Notes: generated by a model from the sequence alone, not told the origin. DNA of 64,000 bases from Schwartzia sp. (in: firmicutes) (GCA_017480545.1 JAFVAI010000012.1:5452-69451), one strand, 5' to 3'. Positions 18,447 through 28,850 are shown, counted from the first letter of the stretch. Program-made: numbers and translations.

Positions 18447-21212
18447 TCATTGGTCTTGCAGCAGCGCGAGCACGGCATCGTAATCGAATTCCGCGACGGC
18501 GCGTTTCAGTTTTCCCAAGAGTTCTTCCTCCCGCGCCGGGACGCTGTATTTTTCCAGATCGGCGAGGATTTCTTCCAGACGGTCGCAATCCATTTCGTCC
18601 GCCGCCGTCCGCATCTTTCGGTAGGCCTCGGCCAACTGCGTCTCGTCCGCTTCCGGCCTGTCCGGGGCGGCAGGCTTTTCTTCCGCCGGGAAGACGGCGG
18701 AAAGCGGCTCCCGGAAGCTCCGCAGGGTGTCGAGGAACGCCCCGTGATGCGCGCGGATATATTCCATGTCGCCGCTCTTGCCCGCGTTCTCAAGCTTTTG
18801 CGCTTCCTCGCCGAAGGCCGTCGCGCCGACGAGGCGCGCCGAGCTTTTCAGGGCGTGGACTTTGATCGTGTAATTCTCGATATTTCCCGTCGTGTAAAGC
18901 CCGTCGATTTCGTCGGCCCGTTCCTCCAACGTATCATAAAAGACTTTGAGGAGCGGCAGATAGGCTTCGGCGGAGCCGCTGTTTTCGATGCCCGACGGGA
19001 GATCGATCCAGCCCTGGCCGGCGAGCGGCGCGAGGCTTTCGGGAATCTCCCGGCCGCCGTTGCCGCTTTCGCCATTCCCGTCGCCTTCCGGCCCTTCACC
19101 GTCCGCCGCTTTGACCTTTTCTTCCGGCAGATAGGCCAGCAAAAGCGATTCCAGCTTTCCGGAGTCCACAGGCTTTGTCAGGTAGTCGTCGAAGCCCTCC
19201 GACAGATATTCCTCCCGCGCGCCGAAAATGGCGTTCGCGGTCAGGCAGACCGTCGGGGTTTTGGCGTTGAGGCCGTCTTCCCCTGCCCTAAGCTCATGCA
19301 GCGTTTCGATGCCGTCTTTCCCCGGCATCATGTGGTCGAGGAAGATGGCGTCGTATTTCTTTTCCTCGGCGAGCCTGAGTCCCTCGTCTCCGCTGTTCGC
19401 CGTGTCGATCCGCACCTGTGTCGGCTTCAGGAGGCTCTTGAACACCATGAGGTTCATCGGGTTGTCGTCCACCACGAGGAGCAGGGCCTCCGGCGCCGTG
19501 AATTTTTTCCGGTATTTCTTGCGGTTTTGCATCATGGCGGCAAAGGAAGCCGTATAGTCGCCCAGCGGCTCCCATGCGAGAACTTTCTGCCTGAGATCGA
19601 ATCGGAATACGGAGCCGACGCCGTAGGTGCTTTCCACCTGCAACGCGGAACCCATCTTGGCCAGCAAATTCTGGGTGATGGCCATGCCGAGGCCGGTGCC
19701 TTCCACATGACGGTTCCGCTTTTCCTCGATGCGCTCAAACTTGGAGAACAGTTTGCCCATGTCCTCCGGCTTGATGCCGATGCCGGTGTCCCGGACCTCG
19801 ACATGGAGCAGCACACTGTCCGGATCCTCCTCGACGATGCCGAAGCCAACGGCGAAGGTGACGGTTCCCTTTTCCGTGTATTTCACCGCGTTGGCCAAAA
19901 TGTTCGTGATGACTTGCTTGATGCGTACCTCGTCGCCGCAAAGGAGCTTCGGCAGTTCTTTGTCAAAGTCCAGCACGAGGGCGATTCCTTTTTCAGCCGC
20001 CTGCGCCTGCATCATGTTCACCAGATCGTTGAGCACGGAAGAAAGATCATATTCCGCGGGAATAATCTCGATTTTTCCTGCCTCGATCTTGGAGAAGTCC
20101 AGCACGTCGTTGACCAGCCCCAGCAGCATATTGCCCGCCGTTCTCACGTTTTCCGCGTAGGAAAGGATGCTCTTGTCCTCGCATTCCCGGAGGATGCCTT
20201 CATTCATGCCGAGAATGGCGTTGATCGGCGTCCGGATCTCATGGGACATATTGGACAGGAAGTCGCTCTTGGCGCGGGACGCTTCCTCTGCAATTTCCTT
20301 TGCCTTCCGGAGCTCCTCGCTCTCCTCGATTTGCAGACGGACGCGGATCAGGTACAGGGCGCCGATGGCCACGAGCAGCATCAACAGGCCGAAAACCCAG
20401 GCCACCAGCAACGTGATGTTTTCTATGCCCTCGGAGGCTTTTTCCTTCGGCACGAATCCGGCGATCAGGTAATCCGTGCCGGGGATTTCCGCTTCGAACA
20501 GGATCATCGGCCCCTGCGCGGTCTTGAAGGCGCGGGCCGCCGCCACGGAAACTTCCATTTCCCGGTGCATGGCCTGATAGGACTGCTGCATTTCCTCGCT
20601 CTCCAAAAAGGCCACGTCTTCGGAGGTATTGCTCGCGAAGGGAACGATGGCGTCCCCGTCCCGCGTGACGACCATGACCTTGCCGAGGTCGTCGTAGCAA
20701 CTGATGGAAAACCGCCGTCTGATGGTATCCAGCGGATAGAACCGATAGAGGACGTATTTTATATTTCTGGCATGGAATACCGGACAGGTGAACAGCAGCC
20801 CGTTGTTGTGCACAAAGGAAATGGTGCTCTTGCCCCGGAACGCGGGCTGGATGCCGTCATACAGGCTGGGGGAAAGCTCGTCCCCGTACAGCGCGTGGCC
20901 GTCCAGCGCCAAAAGGCCGTGCCGCACACCCGCGTCGTTCGCGATTGACGGCATGTACCGCCCAACCTCCTGTGGGTCGGATTCGATTTTCGCGGCGACG
21001 TAGGTGAGATTTTCCAGTTCCGTCACCAGTTTTTCCGACGCCTGGCTCGCCAACGCCTCCGCCTGCCGCTTCGTCTGGTGCTCCGTGTAATCGGTCAAAA
21101 GCTCCGCGATCCTGCTTTGGAAGAGCAGCCCGACCAGGAGCAGCACCAGAGCGAAGATGGCCATGACGAGGGCGGTGCCTTTTTTTCCTATGGAGGACGC
21201 CCAATCATTCAT
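18447..21212 (-). CDS. Hybrid sensor histidine kinase (extracytoplasmic sensor, HisKA, HATPase_c, REC, Hpt)
   Basis: H-box SHEIRTPINAILG, N/G boxes, receiver LDHMMPGKDG, Hpt HALKSSARLVGA. Two TM segments. Confidence 0.92.
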   Translation of the reverse strand: MNDWASSIGKKGTALVMAIFALVLLLVGLLFQSRIAELLTDYTEHQTKRQAEALASQASEKLVTELENLTYVAAKIESDPQEVGRYMPSIANDAGVRHGLLALDGHALYGDELSPSLYDGIQPAFRGKSTISFVHNNGLLFTCPVFHARNIKYVLYRFYPLDTIRRRFSISCYDDLGKVMVVTRDGDAIVPFASNTSEDVAFLESEEMQQSYQAMHREMEVSVAAARAFKTAQGPMILFEAEIPGTDYLIAGFVPKEKASEGIENITLLVAWVFGLLMLLVAIGALYLIRVRLQIEESEELRKAKEIAEEASRAKSDFLSNMSHEIRTPINAILGMNEGILRECEDKSILSYAENVRTAGNMLLGLVNDVLDFSKIEAGKIEIIPAEYDLSSVLNDLVNMMQAQAAEKGIALVLDFDKELPKLLCGDEVRIKQVITNILANAVKYTEKGTVTFAVGFGIVEEDPDSVLLHVEVRDTGIGIKPEDMGKLFSKFERIEEKRNRHVEGTGLGMAITQNLLAKMGSALQVESTYGVGSVFRFDLRQKVLAWEPLGDYTASFAAMMQNRKKYRKKFTAPEALLLVVDDNPMNLMVFKSLLKPTQVRIDTANSGDEGLRLAEEKKYDAIFLDHMMPGKDGIETLHELRAGEDGLNAKTPTVCLTANAIFGAREEYLSEGFDDYLTKPVDSGKLESLLLAYLPEEKVKAADGEGPEGDGNGESGNGGREIPESLAPLAGQGWIDLPSGIENSGSAEAYLPLLKVFYDTLEERADEIDGLYTTGNIENYTIKVHALKSSARLVGATAFGEEAQKLENAGKSGDMEYIRAHHGAFLDTLRSFREPLSAVFPAEEKPAAPDRPEADETQLAEAYRKMRTAADEMDCDRLEEILADLEKYSVPAREEELLGKLKRAVAEFDYDAVLALLQDQ

Positions 21213-22341
21213 AGATCTCTACTCCTTCGACGAACCAATCCATCCCGAGAAACAGTTCTTCGTCGCTGATCCGCTCGTCGCGGTCGCAGCGAAGCCTGCC
21301 TTCGTTGTCGTAAATGGTGCCGGAAAATACTTCCCAATCCGTCAGCAGGCGCCCGCGCTCCCAAGAGACCGCGGAAACGGTTTGGGGGCTCACCGCCGGG
21401 GACATGGGATGCAGCTTGACGGCGCTTTCCGCCACCCCCAGCCAATAGCTGCGGGAAAAGTTCGTCCGGCCCCGCAAATAATCGCCGAGCACTCTTTCAT
21501 ACAGGACCGGCCAATCGTACAGCGCAGCGGTCAGGAAACGGGGGGAATAGGACTCGCGCACGGAGTCGTAGCCGATGCTGTAAAGCCCGCGCTTGTCCGC
21601 CTCCCGCAGAGCATACGGCTGGCTGCTGTGGCAGGTGATCACATCCGCCCCTTCCCCCGCCAGCAAGGCGACGCTTTCCCGTTCAGCCGCCTCGTTTTCC
21701 CAGTTCCCGGTGAATCGGACGAGGAGCCGCGCCTTCGGATTGGCGGAACGCATCCCCAACGCATAGGCGTTGATGCCCCGGATGGTCTGGGGGTTGGAAA
21801 GGCCGGCCACATAGCCTAGCACACCCGTGCGGCTTTCAAGGCCCGCCACCACCCCGGCCAGATAGCGCACTTGGTAAAGCCGGGCGAAATACGAAGTGCA
21901 GTTCTTTTCCAGCCCTTCGCCCGCGACGCCGAAGAAAGCGACGCGCGGATATTTCCTCGCGATTTCGTCCATATATTGCCCGTAATTGAAGCTGGTCAGG
22001 AAAATGACGTTGCAGCCTTCGCCGACCAGCCCGTCGACGGCGGCAAACGAAGCGTCCCGGGTTTCCGGGACGTTGTCCCGCACGACGAGGGGACAGTCAT
22101 GTTGGCGGCAGGTGCGCAAAAGCCCTTCGTAATGGCTTTCGCTCCAGCCGCCGTCTTCCTTCGGGCCCAGCAGGACGCAGCCGACGACGATCTGCCGCTC
22201 CGTGTCGGGCAGCCGAAAGCTTCGTATGACGACCACCAGCGCGACAATGGTGAGCGCCACCAGCACCAGCGGCAGGTTGCGTCCCATCCATTCCTTCGCG
22301 GCGCGTTTTGGGGCGCGAAGCGAATCCTCACGTTCCTTCAA
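21205..22341 (-). CDS. BMP-family (PnrA/Med-like) binding-protein homologue with N-terminal membrane anchor
   Basis: TM anchor LPLVLVALTIVALVVVI followed by a periplasmic-binding fold resembling BMP/Med proteins. Overlaps both neighbouring genes. Confidence 0.7.
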   Translation of the reverse strand: MKEREDSLRAPKRAAKEWMGRNLPLVLVALTIVALVVVIRSFRLPDTERQIVVGCVLLGPKEDGGWSESHYEGLLRTCRQHDCPLVVRDNVPETRDASFAAVDGLVGEGCNVIFLTSFNYGQYMDEIARKYPRVAFFGVAGEGLEKNCTSYFARLYQVRYLAGVVAGLESRTGVLGYVAGLSNPQTIRGINAYALGMRSANPKARLLVRFTGNWENEAAERESVALLAGEGADVITCHSSQPYALREADKRGLYSIGYDSVRESYSPRFLTAALYDWPVLYERVLGDYLRGRTNFSRSYWLGVAESAVKLHPMSPAVSPQTVSAVSWERGRLLTDWEVFSGTIYDNEGRLRCDRDERISDEELFLGMDWFVEGVEIYE

Positions 22342-23422
22342 TCGTCACACCCTCCACATACCAGTAAAAACCGTTCAGCATCTCGGAATCCGACATGGAT
22401 TCTCCCGCTTCGACGCGGATACGGTTCTCGTTGTCCTTGATTGGCCCGTAAAACACGTCAAATTTCCGGCTCCGCATTTTTTCGTTGGCGGCCTGCACCG
22501 CCGCCATCGTGGGCATATCCACATGGGCGGTGGGCGCCGAGAGGGCGACAAGCCCTTCCTCCATGCCGAGCCAAACGTGATTCCCCCGAAATTTTCCCTG
22601 CAAGCAGTCGAGAATCTGCCTGCGGTAATAGACCTCCCATTTCCAGACGCAGGCGGCCAGATACGTATTGGGGAAAGACGCGGCGTTGTCCCGGTTGCAG
22701 CCGATCGACCACTGCCCGCGCCGGTCCGCTTCCCGGTGCGGGGCGAGGGAGTTCGTGTGCACACTGATGACATCGATCGGGTAGCGATCCAGAAGCGCCG
22801 CGCACGCTTCTCCCGCAGCGTCGTCGTCCGTCCACGACTGCGCGTAGCGCACACGCACGACGGCATCCGGGCGGACGCTGCGCGCGCCCAGCGTGAAAGC
22901 GTTGATCCCCCGGATGACCTCCGGCAGCGGATAGGCAGCCACATAGCCGAGCTGCCCCGTCTTCGTCTGCCTGCCCGCGATGATGCCGGCGAGATACCGC
23001 GCCTGGTACATCCTGCCGAAAACGGACACGAAATTGCCGCCGGAATGGACGCCCGAGGTGTGCAGGAAGTACACGCCGGGATACATGGCCGCCGCCCGTT
23101 CCAAATCCTTGCCGAACTGGAAGGACACCCCCACGATGATTCGGCAGTCCTCGTCTCGGATCAGGCCGATGATATCCGGATAGCAATCGCCGGAGACGTT
23201 CTCCCGGTATACGATGTCCAGATTCAGTTCCTCGCGCAGGGATTCCAGCGCTTCGCAATGCGCCTGGCAATAGGACTGGTCCGAGCGGCTGCCGTTCAGC
23301 AGCACGCCGATTTTTGTGGTGTTCGCGGTCACATTCGTGTCGCGCTCGCTGTTTTTGATCTGGAAAATCCCCGTGATTGCGGCGGCCAGGATCAGGAACG
23401 CGACGATAATGATTTTTTGCAC
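22328..23422 (-). CDS. BMP-family (PnrA/Med-like) binding-protein homologue, paralogue
   Basis: N-terminal anchor IIIVAFLILAAAITGIF. Alignable to the 21205-22341 product (YVAxxxxPxxIRGINAxxLG motif in both). Confidence 0.7.
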   Translation of the reverse strand: MQKIIIVAFLILAAAITGIFQIKNSERDTNVTANTTKIGVLLNGSRSDQSYCQAHCEALESLREELNLDIVYRENVSGDCYPDIIGLIRDEDCRIIVGVSFQFGKDLERAAAMYPGVYFLHTSGVHSGGNFVSVFGRMYQARYLAGIIAGRQTKTGQLGYVAAYPLPEVIRGINAFTLGARSVRPDAVVRVRYAQSWTDDDAAGEACAALLDRYPIDVISVHTNSLAPHREADRRGQWSIGCNRDNAASFPNTYLAACVWKWEVYYRRQILDCLQGKFRGNHVWLGMEEGLVALSAPTAHVDMPTMAAVQAANEKMRSRKFDVFYGPIKDNENRIRVEAGESMSDSEMLNGFYWYVEGVTIEGT

Positions 23423-23437
23423 AGGCTGCGCCCTCCG

Positions 23438-24814
23438 TCATGCTTCCGGCTTTTTGAAGGCCGGCTTTTCGTAAACGGAAAACTGGACGGCGTGCTCGAC
23501 GCGGATGTCGTCGTATTCGTTCGTCGCCTCCCACGCCGCCATGATCCTTCTAAGCACATTGGGGAAATCCGCTTCCGCAAGCTCCGGCAGGAGCAGGAAA
23601 AATTGGTTCGGCTTGCTCATCAAAATGGTGTCGCTTCTGCGCAATGTGTCTTGCAGGCAAAGGCCGAAGGCCGCTTCCGCGTCTTTCAGGCGCTGGCTCC
23701 GCATCTCGCCAGAATTTTTTTCCGACAGGACAAACAGCAGTTTGACATCCCGTCCGCCGTACCGCTTGCCGAAGCGCTGGACAAAGCGGTAAATAAAGGA
23801 AAATTGTTCCATCCCGAGGAGCATGGCGCCGCCGACATCGTTCCGCTCTTCGACAATCTTTGTGATGCGGGCGAGGATTTTCTGGGCGCTCTCTTCGCCG
23901 GCTCCCGCTCTGTCTTCCTCCGGACGGTAAACGGCGCAGCCGTGTTTGCCGTTTTGCTTGACTTTGTACAGCGCGCCGTCCGCCAGCGGGAACAACGACT
24001 CGTAGTCCCGCCCGTAATCCGGCACCATCACCGCCCCGGCGGAAATGCCCAGAGGCACATCGAAGTCCTCCCCCATGAGGCGCGACGCTTCCTTGAGCAA
24101 CTGGTCGTTCAGCCGCCGGATCATGGCCGGAACTCCGGCTTCGTTGTCCATGCCGGGGCAAAAGGCCATGAATTCGTCGCCGCCGATCCTGGCCATCACA
24201 TCTTCCGCTCTCGCGTTGCGCCGGACGATGTCCGCGAAAGCTTGCAGCACATGGTCGCCCATATCATGGCCGTACAGGTCGTTGATGAGCTTGAAATTGT
24301 CAAGGTCGAAAACGAGCAACGCGCCGACCTTGGTTTCACAGAGCTTCGAGATCCGCTCCGTTCCGGCGGCCTTGTTCAAAAAGCCCGTCAGCTTGTCGAT
24401 GGCGACCTCCGCCGTCAGGCTCTCGATCATCTTGGCGTTCGTGACGGTGTTGTAAATGCGCCGAATCAAGATATCCCGGTTGAAGGGCTTGCGGATAAAG
24501 TCGGAGGCGCCCGCCTTGAGGCCGCGCCGCTCCGTTTCGCTGTCGTCCGATCCGGTCAGGAAGATGACGGGCGTCTGTTTTTTTCCGCTGGCCTCTTCCA
24601 GTTCGCGCAGCGCATGATAGGTCGCGAAGCCGTCCATGTCCGGCATCAGGACATCCAAAAGAATCAGGTCCGGCTCGTTCTTCGCCATGAATTTCAGCAA
24701 ATCCCGGCCGGAACGCAGACAGCTCACGCGCATATTCTGGTCGCCCAGCAAGTTTTTTGCGGTTGTCAGGCTCAGCGTCTCGTCGTCCACAACGACAATC
24801 CAGTAATCCATCAT
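23438..24814 (-). CDS. Response regulator with GGDEF diguanylate cyclase domain
   Basis: REC (VVVDDE...LLDVLMPDMDG...K) and RIGGDEF active site. First gene of the HK operon. Confidence 0.9.
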   Translation of the reverse strand: MMDYWIVVVDDETLSLTTAKNLLGDQNMRVSCLRSGRDLLKFMAKNEPDLILLDVLMPDMDGFATYHALRELEEASGKKQTPVIFLTGSDDSETERRGLKAGASDFIRKPFNRDILIRRIYNTVTNAKMIESLTAEVAIDKLTGFLNKAAGTERISKLCETKVGALLVFDLDNFKLINDLYGHDMGDHVLQAFADIVRRNARAEDVMARIGGDEFMAFCPGMDNEAGVPAMIRRLNDQLLKEASRLMGEDFDVPLGISAGAVMVPDYGRDYESLFPLADGALYKVKQNGKHGCAVYRPEEDRAGAGEESAQKILARITKIVEERNDVGGAMLLGMEQFSFIYRFVQRFGKRYGGRDVKLLFVLSEKNSGEMRSQRLKDAEAAFGLCLQDTLRRSDTILMSKPNQFFLLLPELAEADFPNVLRRIMAAWEATNEYDDIRVEHAVQFSVYEKPAFKKPEA

Positions 24815-25013
24815 CTTCTGCTACTCCTGTCAATAGTTGAAGTTAATTCCTATTATAAGCATTTTTCGCCAACAATTCCACTTTTTCGCAAAAAAACCTT
24901 CCCCGAAACGCCGCTTCCGCAAAACCTCCCATGGGCGCCAGGGACGAAGCGGTTCCAAAAATTGCCGGGCACCGAAATTGTCTCCCCGTCATTCCAACGT
25001 TTCGGGCCTTTGC

Positions 25014-25051
25014 AAATTTTTGAGGTAAGAATTTCTTACTTCAAAAATTTT
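25014..25051 (+). repeat. Copy 2 of the 38-bp AT-rich palindrome
   Basis: AAATTTTTGAGGTAAGAATTTCTTACTTCAAAAATTTT. Lies in a divergent intergenic region (GGDEF gene to the left, metH to the right), so a terminator role is unlikely here. Confidence 0.8.
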
Positions 25052-25245
25052 CGCAGGCGAAACGCGGAGCTTCACGGCCCATGGAAACAGCCTGTCCCTT
25101 TCATCCCCATCCCCGGAACCATTCGGGATGCGGGCACGAAAAATCCATGCACGGCGGCGCCGTTTTCATATCGGTGCTTCCCTAATTCCCCCCGCCGTGA
25201 TACAATATTTCATGAGAAGAAATACGCAAAAAGGAGCAAGACAGT

Positions 25246-27618
25246 ATGATAGAGATTTTTGACGGCGCGACAGGGACAATGCTGCAAGCCGCGGGGCTCC
25301 TGCCGGGCGAATGCCCGGAGCTGGTGAATGTGGAGCGGCCGAAGATGATCGAGACGATCCACCGCGCCTATATCGAGGCCGGGTCGACCATCATCACCAC
25401 GAACACCTTCGGCGGCACGTCGCTGAAGCTGGCCCATTACGGCCTCGAGAACCGCGTGGCGGAAATCAACGCGGCGGCGGTGCAGGCCGCGAAACGCGCC
25501 GCCCATGGCCGCGCGAAAATCGCGGGGGACATGGGGCCGACAGGGCGGTTCATCGAGCCGCTGGGGGATCTTGGCTTCGAGACGGCGTACAACGCCTACG
25601 CGGAGCAAGCGAAAGCCCTTGCCGACGCGGGCGCGGACTATATCATCATCGAGACGTCCATCGACTTGCAGGAAATGCGCGCCGCCCTCCTCGCGGCGAA
25701 ATCGGTCACGAAACTTCCCGTCATTTGCCAAATGAGTTACAGCGAGGACGGCCGCACCGTCACGGGCACCGACCCGGAGACGGCGGCGACGGTGCTGGAC
25801 GCCATGGGCGCGGACATCATCGGCGTCAACTGCTCCCTCGGCCCCGAGCAGCTTCTGCCCGTCGTCGAACAGCTCGCGAAGGCCACGGAAAAACCGATCA
25901 TCGTACAGCCGAACGCGGGGCTGCCGCAATTCATCGACGGCAAGACCGTGTTCCCGATGAAGCCGGAAGACTTTTCCGACTGGATGCCGAAGCTCATCGC
26001 GGCGGGCGCGACTTACATCGGCGGCTGCTGCGGCACCACGCCCGACCATATCCGCGCCATTTCCAAATTCGCGCGCACCGCACCGCCACCGAACCGGCCC
26101 AAGGTGCCGCCGGTGCTCCGCCTCGCCAGCCGTTCCCAGACCGTCGTCATCGACAAAAGCCTGCCGACAGTGCTGATCGGCGAGCGCATCAACCCGACGG
26201 GACGCAAGAAATTGGCCGCCGAGATCAAAGACGGTTCGTTGCTTTCCGTGAAAAAGGAAGCCCTCGACCAAGTCAAGGCCGGGGCGAAAATCCTCGACGT
26301 CAATATGGGCGTCGGCGGCATCGACCAGGCCGCCGCCATGCGCCGCGCCGTCATGGAAATCGCGCAGCTCACCGCCGCGCCGCTCGCCATCGACACCAGC
26401 GACGCCGCAGCTCTCGAGGCGGGGCTTCGCGTCTATCCGGGCCGCGCGCTCATCAATTCCGTCAGCGCGGAGCCGGAACGTCTGAAAACCTTTCTGCCGC
26501 TGGCGAAAAAATACGGCGCGGCGATTCTCTGCCTGCCGATCACGAAGGACGGCGTACCGAAAACGGCGAAGGAGCGCGCCGAAGCCGTGCAAACGATTCT
26601 CGACGCGGCAAAGGAAGCGGGGCTGAAGGACGGCGACTTCCTGCTGGACGCGTTGGTGCTGACTGTCGCCGCCGAGACCGACGCCGCGAAGGAAACGCTC
26701 GGCACGCTCCGGCTTTACCGCGAGCGTTTCGGCTATCCAACAACGATGAGGCTCAGCAATATTTCCTTCGGCCTGCCGAACCGCCCGCTGATCAACAGCA
26801 CCTTCTTCGCCATGTGCCTCGCGGCGGGACTCGACGCGCCGATCATGAACCCTTACGACGACGCCATGCAGAACGCGCTGTCCGCCGCCGCCGCGCTCCT
26901 CGGCAAAGACCCGAACGGCCGCGCGTACAGCCAAAACGCCTCGAACCTCGCCGCGCCGAAAACCGCCGCGACCATGAAAGAGGAAGACATGGACGCTCTC
27001 GCCGCCATCAAGGCCGCCGTCATCCGCGGCGAAAAGGAGCGGATGCCGTCCCTGATTGCCCGCGCCGTGGAGGAAAACCTCGACCCGAACGAAATCACCG
27101 AAAAAGCGCTGACCGCCGCCATGAACGACATCGGCGTGGACTTCGGCGCGGGGCGCGTATTCCTGCCGCAGGTGCTGCTCTCCGCCGAGGCCATGCGCGA
27201 AGCGTTCACGAAGCTCAAAGAGCTGCTGCCCGCCGCCGAGACGAAGAAACTCGGCACGGTAGTCATCGCCACCGTCAAGGGCGACGTCCACGACCTCGGC
27301 AAGAACATCGTCGCCGCCCTCCTCTCCAACTCCGGCTTCGAGCTGATCGACCTGGGCAAGGACGTCCCCGCCCGGACCATCGTCGAAGCCGCCAAGCTGA
27401 ACCGCGCCGACATCGTGGGCCTCTGCGCGCTGATGACCACCACCATGACGGAAATCGAAACCGTGGTCGAAGCCCTGAAAGCCGACGGCGTAACCGCGAA
27501 AGTCATGGCGGGCGGCGCCGCCGTCACCCCCGAATACGCGAAAGAAGCCGGCGCCGACCTCTACGCCCCCGACGGCGTGGCTGCGGTACGGCTGGCAAAA
27601 GAAGCGGTCAGGAAATAG
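25246..27618 (+). CDS. metH: Cobalamin-dependent methionine synthase (Hcy-, pterin- and B12-binding modules, no AdoMet reactivation domain)
   Basis: Hcy S-methyltransferase region (GGCCGTTP), pterin-binding region, B12-binding DVHDLGKNIV motif. 790 aa, shorter than E. coli MetH. Confidence 0.92.
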   Translation: MIEIFDGATGTMLQAAGLLPGECPELVNVERPKMIETIHRAYIEAGSTIITTNTFGGTSLKLAHYGLENRVAEINAAAVQAAKRAAHGRAKIAGDMGPTGRFIEPLGDLGFETAYNAYAEQAKALADAGADYIIIETSIDLQEMRAALLAAKSVTKLPVICQMSYSEDGRTVTGTDPETAATVLDAMGADIIGVNCSLGPEQLLPVVEQLAKATEKPIIVQPNAGLPQFIDGKTVFPMKPEDFSDWMPKLIAAGATYIGGCCGTTPDHIRAISKFARTAPPPNRPKVPPVLRLASRSQTVVIDKSLPTVLIGERINPTGRKKLAAEIKDGSLLSVKKEALDQVKAGAKILDVNMGVGGIDQAAAMRRAVMEIAQLTAAPLAIDTSDAAALEAGLRVYPGRALINSVSAEPERLKTFLPLAKKYGAAILCLPITKDGVPKTAKERAEAVQTILDAAKEAGLKDGDFLLDALVLTVAAETDAAKETLGTLRLYRERFGYPTTMRLSNISFGLPNRPLINSTFFAMCLAAGLDAPIMNPYDDAMQNALSAAAALLGKDPNGRAYSQNASNLAAPKTAATMKEEDMDALAAIKAAVIRGEKERMPSLIARAVEENLDPNEITEKALTAAMNDIGVDFGAGRVFLPQVLLSAEAMREAFTKLKELLPAAETKKLGTVVIATVKGDVHDLGKNIVAALLSNSGFELIDLGKDVPARTIVEAAKLNRADIVGLCALMTTTMTEIETVVEALKADGVTAKVMAGGAAVTPEYAKEAGADLYAPDGVAAVRLAKEAVRK

Positions 27619-27684
27619 AAGGATTTTTTATCGTAACGGCGAAGTGATATACAATACGAAAAACCACCCGAGAGAAAGGTGATC

Positions 27685-28749
27685 ATGATGACAACACCGC
27701 TTTTCCTCTGCTATCCGAAATGTGCGACCTGCAAGAAAGCGCAAAAATGGCTGGATGCAAATCATATTTCCGTTGCTGTTCGCGACATCGCGCAGGAAAA
27801 CCCCGCCGAGGACGAGCTTCGCGACTGGCACAAGGCCAGCGGATTGCCGCTGAAGAAATTCTTCAACACCAGCGGCAAGAAATACAAGGAAATGCACCTC
27901 AAGGACACATTGCCGTCCATGAGCGAGGACGAGCAATACCGGCTCCTCGCCACCGACGGCCTTTTGGTCAAGCGTCCGATCCTCGTCGATGAAAACGGCA
28001 TCCTCGTCGGCTTCAAGGAAGCGGACTGGGAAGCGCGTCTTTTGTCCGGTCAGAACGAAGCGGAAGGGGACGCAGACGCAAAACAGGACGAAAACGAACC
28101 GGCACAGGATGACCCACCGACACAGACAGCCGCCGAACCGGTTCAGGACGATACGCCGGAAACGCAAACCGAGGAACAGCCTGTGCCCCCCGAGAAACCG
28201 GAACCGCCGAAAGTCTCCGTCCGCGCCTTCCAGATGAAAGTCACGCTTCGGGGCATGAAGCCGCCCGTCTGGCGCCGCTTCTTCGTGCCGGAAGACATGA
28301 CCTTCCAAACCCTCGCGGACGTCCTGATTACTGTCATGGGCTGGAACGGCAGCCACCTGTCCGCCTTCGAGATGCCGAAAAGCGGCATGAACATCGTGGT
28401 CAATCCTTGGTCCGACGACGAGGAGCAATTCGGGGAACGCAACGGAAAAACCGTCAAGCTCACCGACCTTTTGCCTGCGGAAAAGAAATTCATCTTCGTT
28501 TACGACATGGGCGACAACTGGGAACACGAAGTCGTCATCGAGGATGTCCGCGAAAACTACCCGGCCCTCTACCCTGCGGTCCTCGCCTACGAGGGCAACT
28601 GCCCCCCGGACGACAGCGGCGGCGTCTGGAGCTATATGGATATGCTGGAAGACGACGACGAGGACACGAAGGAATGGCTGGAAGAATTTTCCACCATATA
28701 TAATATGGAAGAAACCAACGCCGAACTGAAGAAAATGAAACCGGAATAA
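27685..28749 (+). CDS. Fusion protein: ArsC/Spx-family thioredoxin-fold domain plus acidic linker plus PRiA4b ORF-3-like domain
   Basis: N-terminal CYPKCATCKKAQKWLD...LVKRPIL (ArsC/YffB-like). C-terminal FQMKVTLRGMKPPVWRRF...GWNGSHL...GDNWEHEV...CPPDDSGG (PRiA4_ORF3-like). Confidence 0.75.
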   Translation: MMTTPLFLCYPKCATCKKAQKWLDANHISVAVRDIAQENPAEDELRDWHKASGLPLKKFFNTSGKKYKEMHLKDTLPSMSEDEQYRLLATDGLLVKRPILVDENGILVGFKEADWEARLLSGQNEAEGDADAKQDENEPAQDDPPTQTAAEPVQDDTPETQTEEQPVPPEKPEPPKVSVRAFQMKVTLRGMKPPVWRRFFVPEDMTFQTLADVLITVMGWNGSHLSAFEMPKSGMNIVVNPWSDDEEQFGERNGKTVKLTDLLPAEKKFIFVYDMGDNWEHEVVIEDVRENYPALYPAVLAYEGNCPPDDSGGVWSYMDMLEDDDEDTKEWLEEFSTIYNMEETNAELKKMKPE

Positions 28750-28850
28750 CATCCATCCGGGCTGCCAAGTTTTTCGGAAGTGTCCATTTTTTGAAATCTG
28801 TTTCATACTTATCTCAGACCAAAATTTTAAATAAAATTTTGACCTGAGAT

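Noticed and set aside
24850-25245. Riboswitch (SAM or cobalamin) in the long region upstream of metH
   Set aside because: A stretch around 24930-24990 loosely resembles part of a cobalamin element (AGGGA...GGT...GCC), but the B12 box and the conserved pairing are not present. No SAM-I core was seen. The likely metH promoter (TACAAT near 25205) lies downstream of it.
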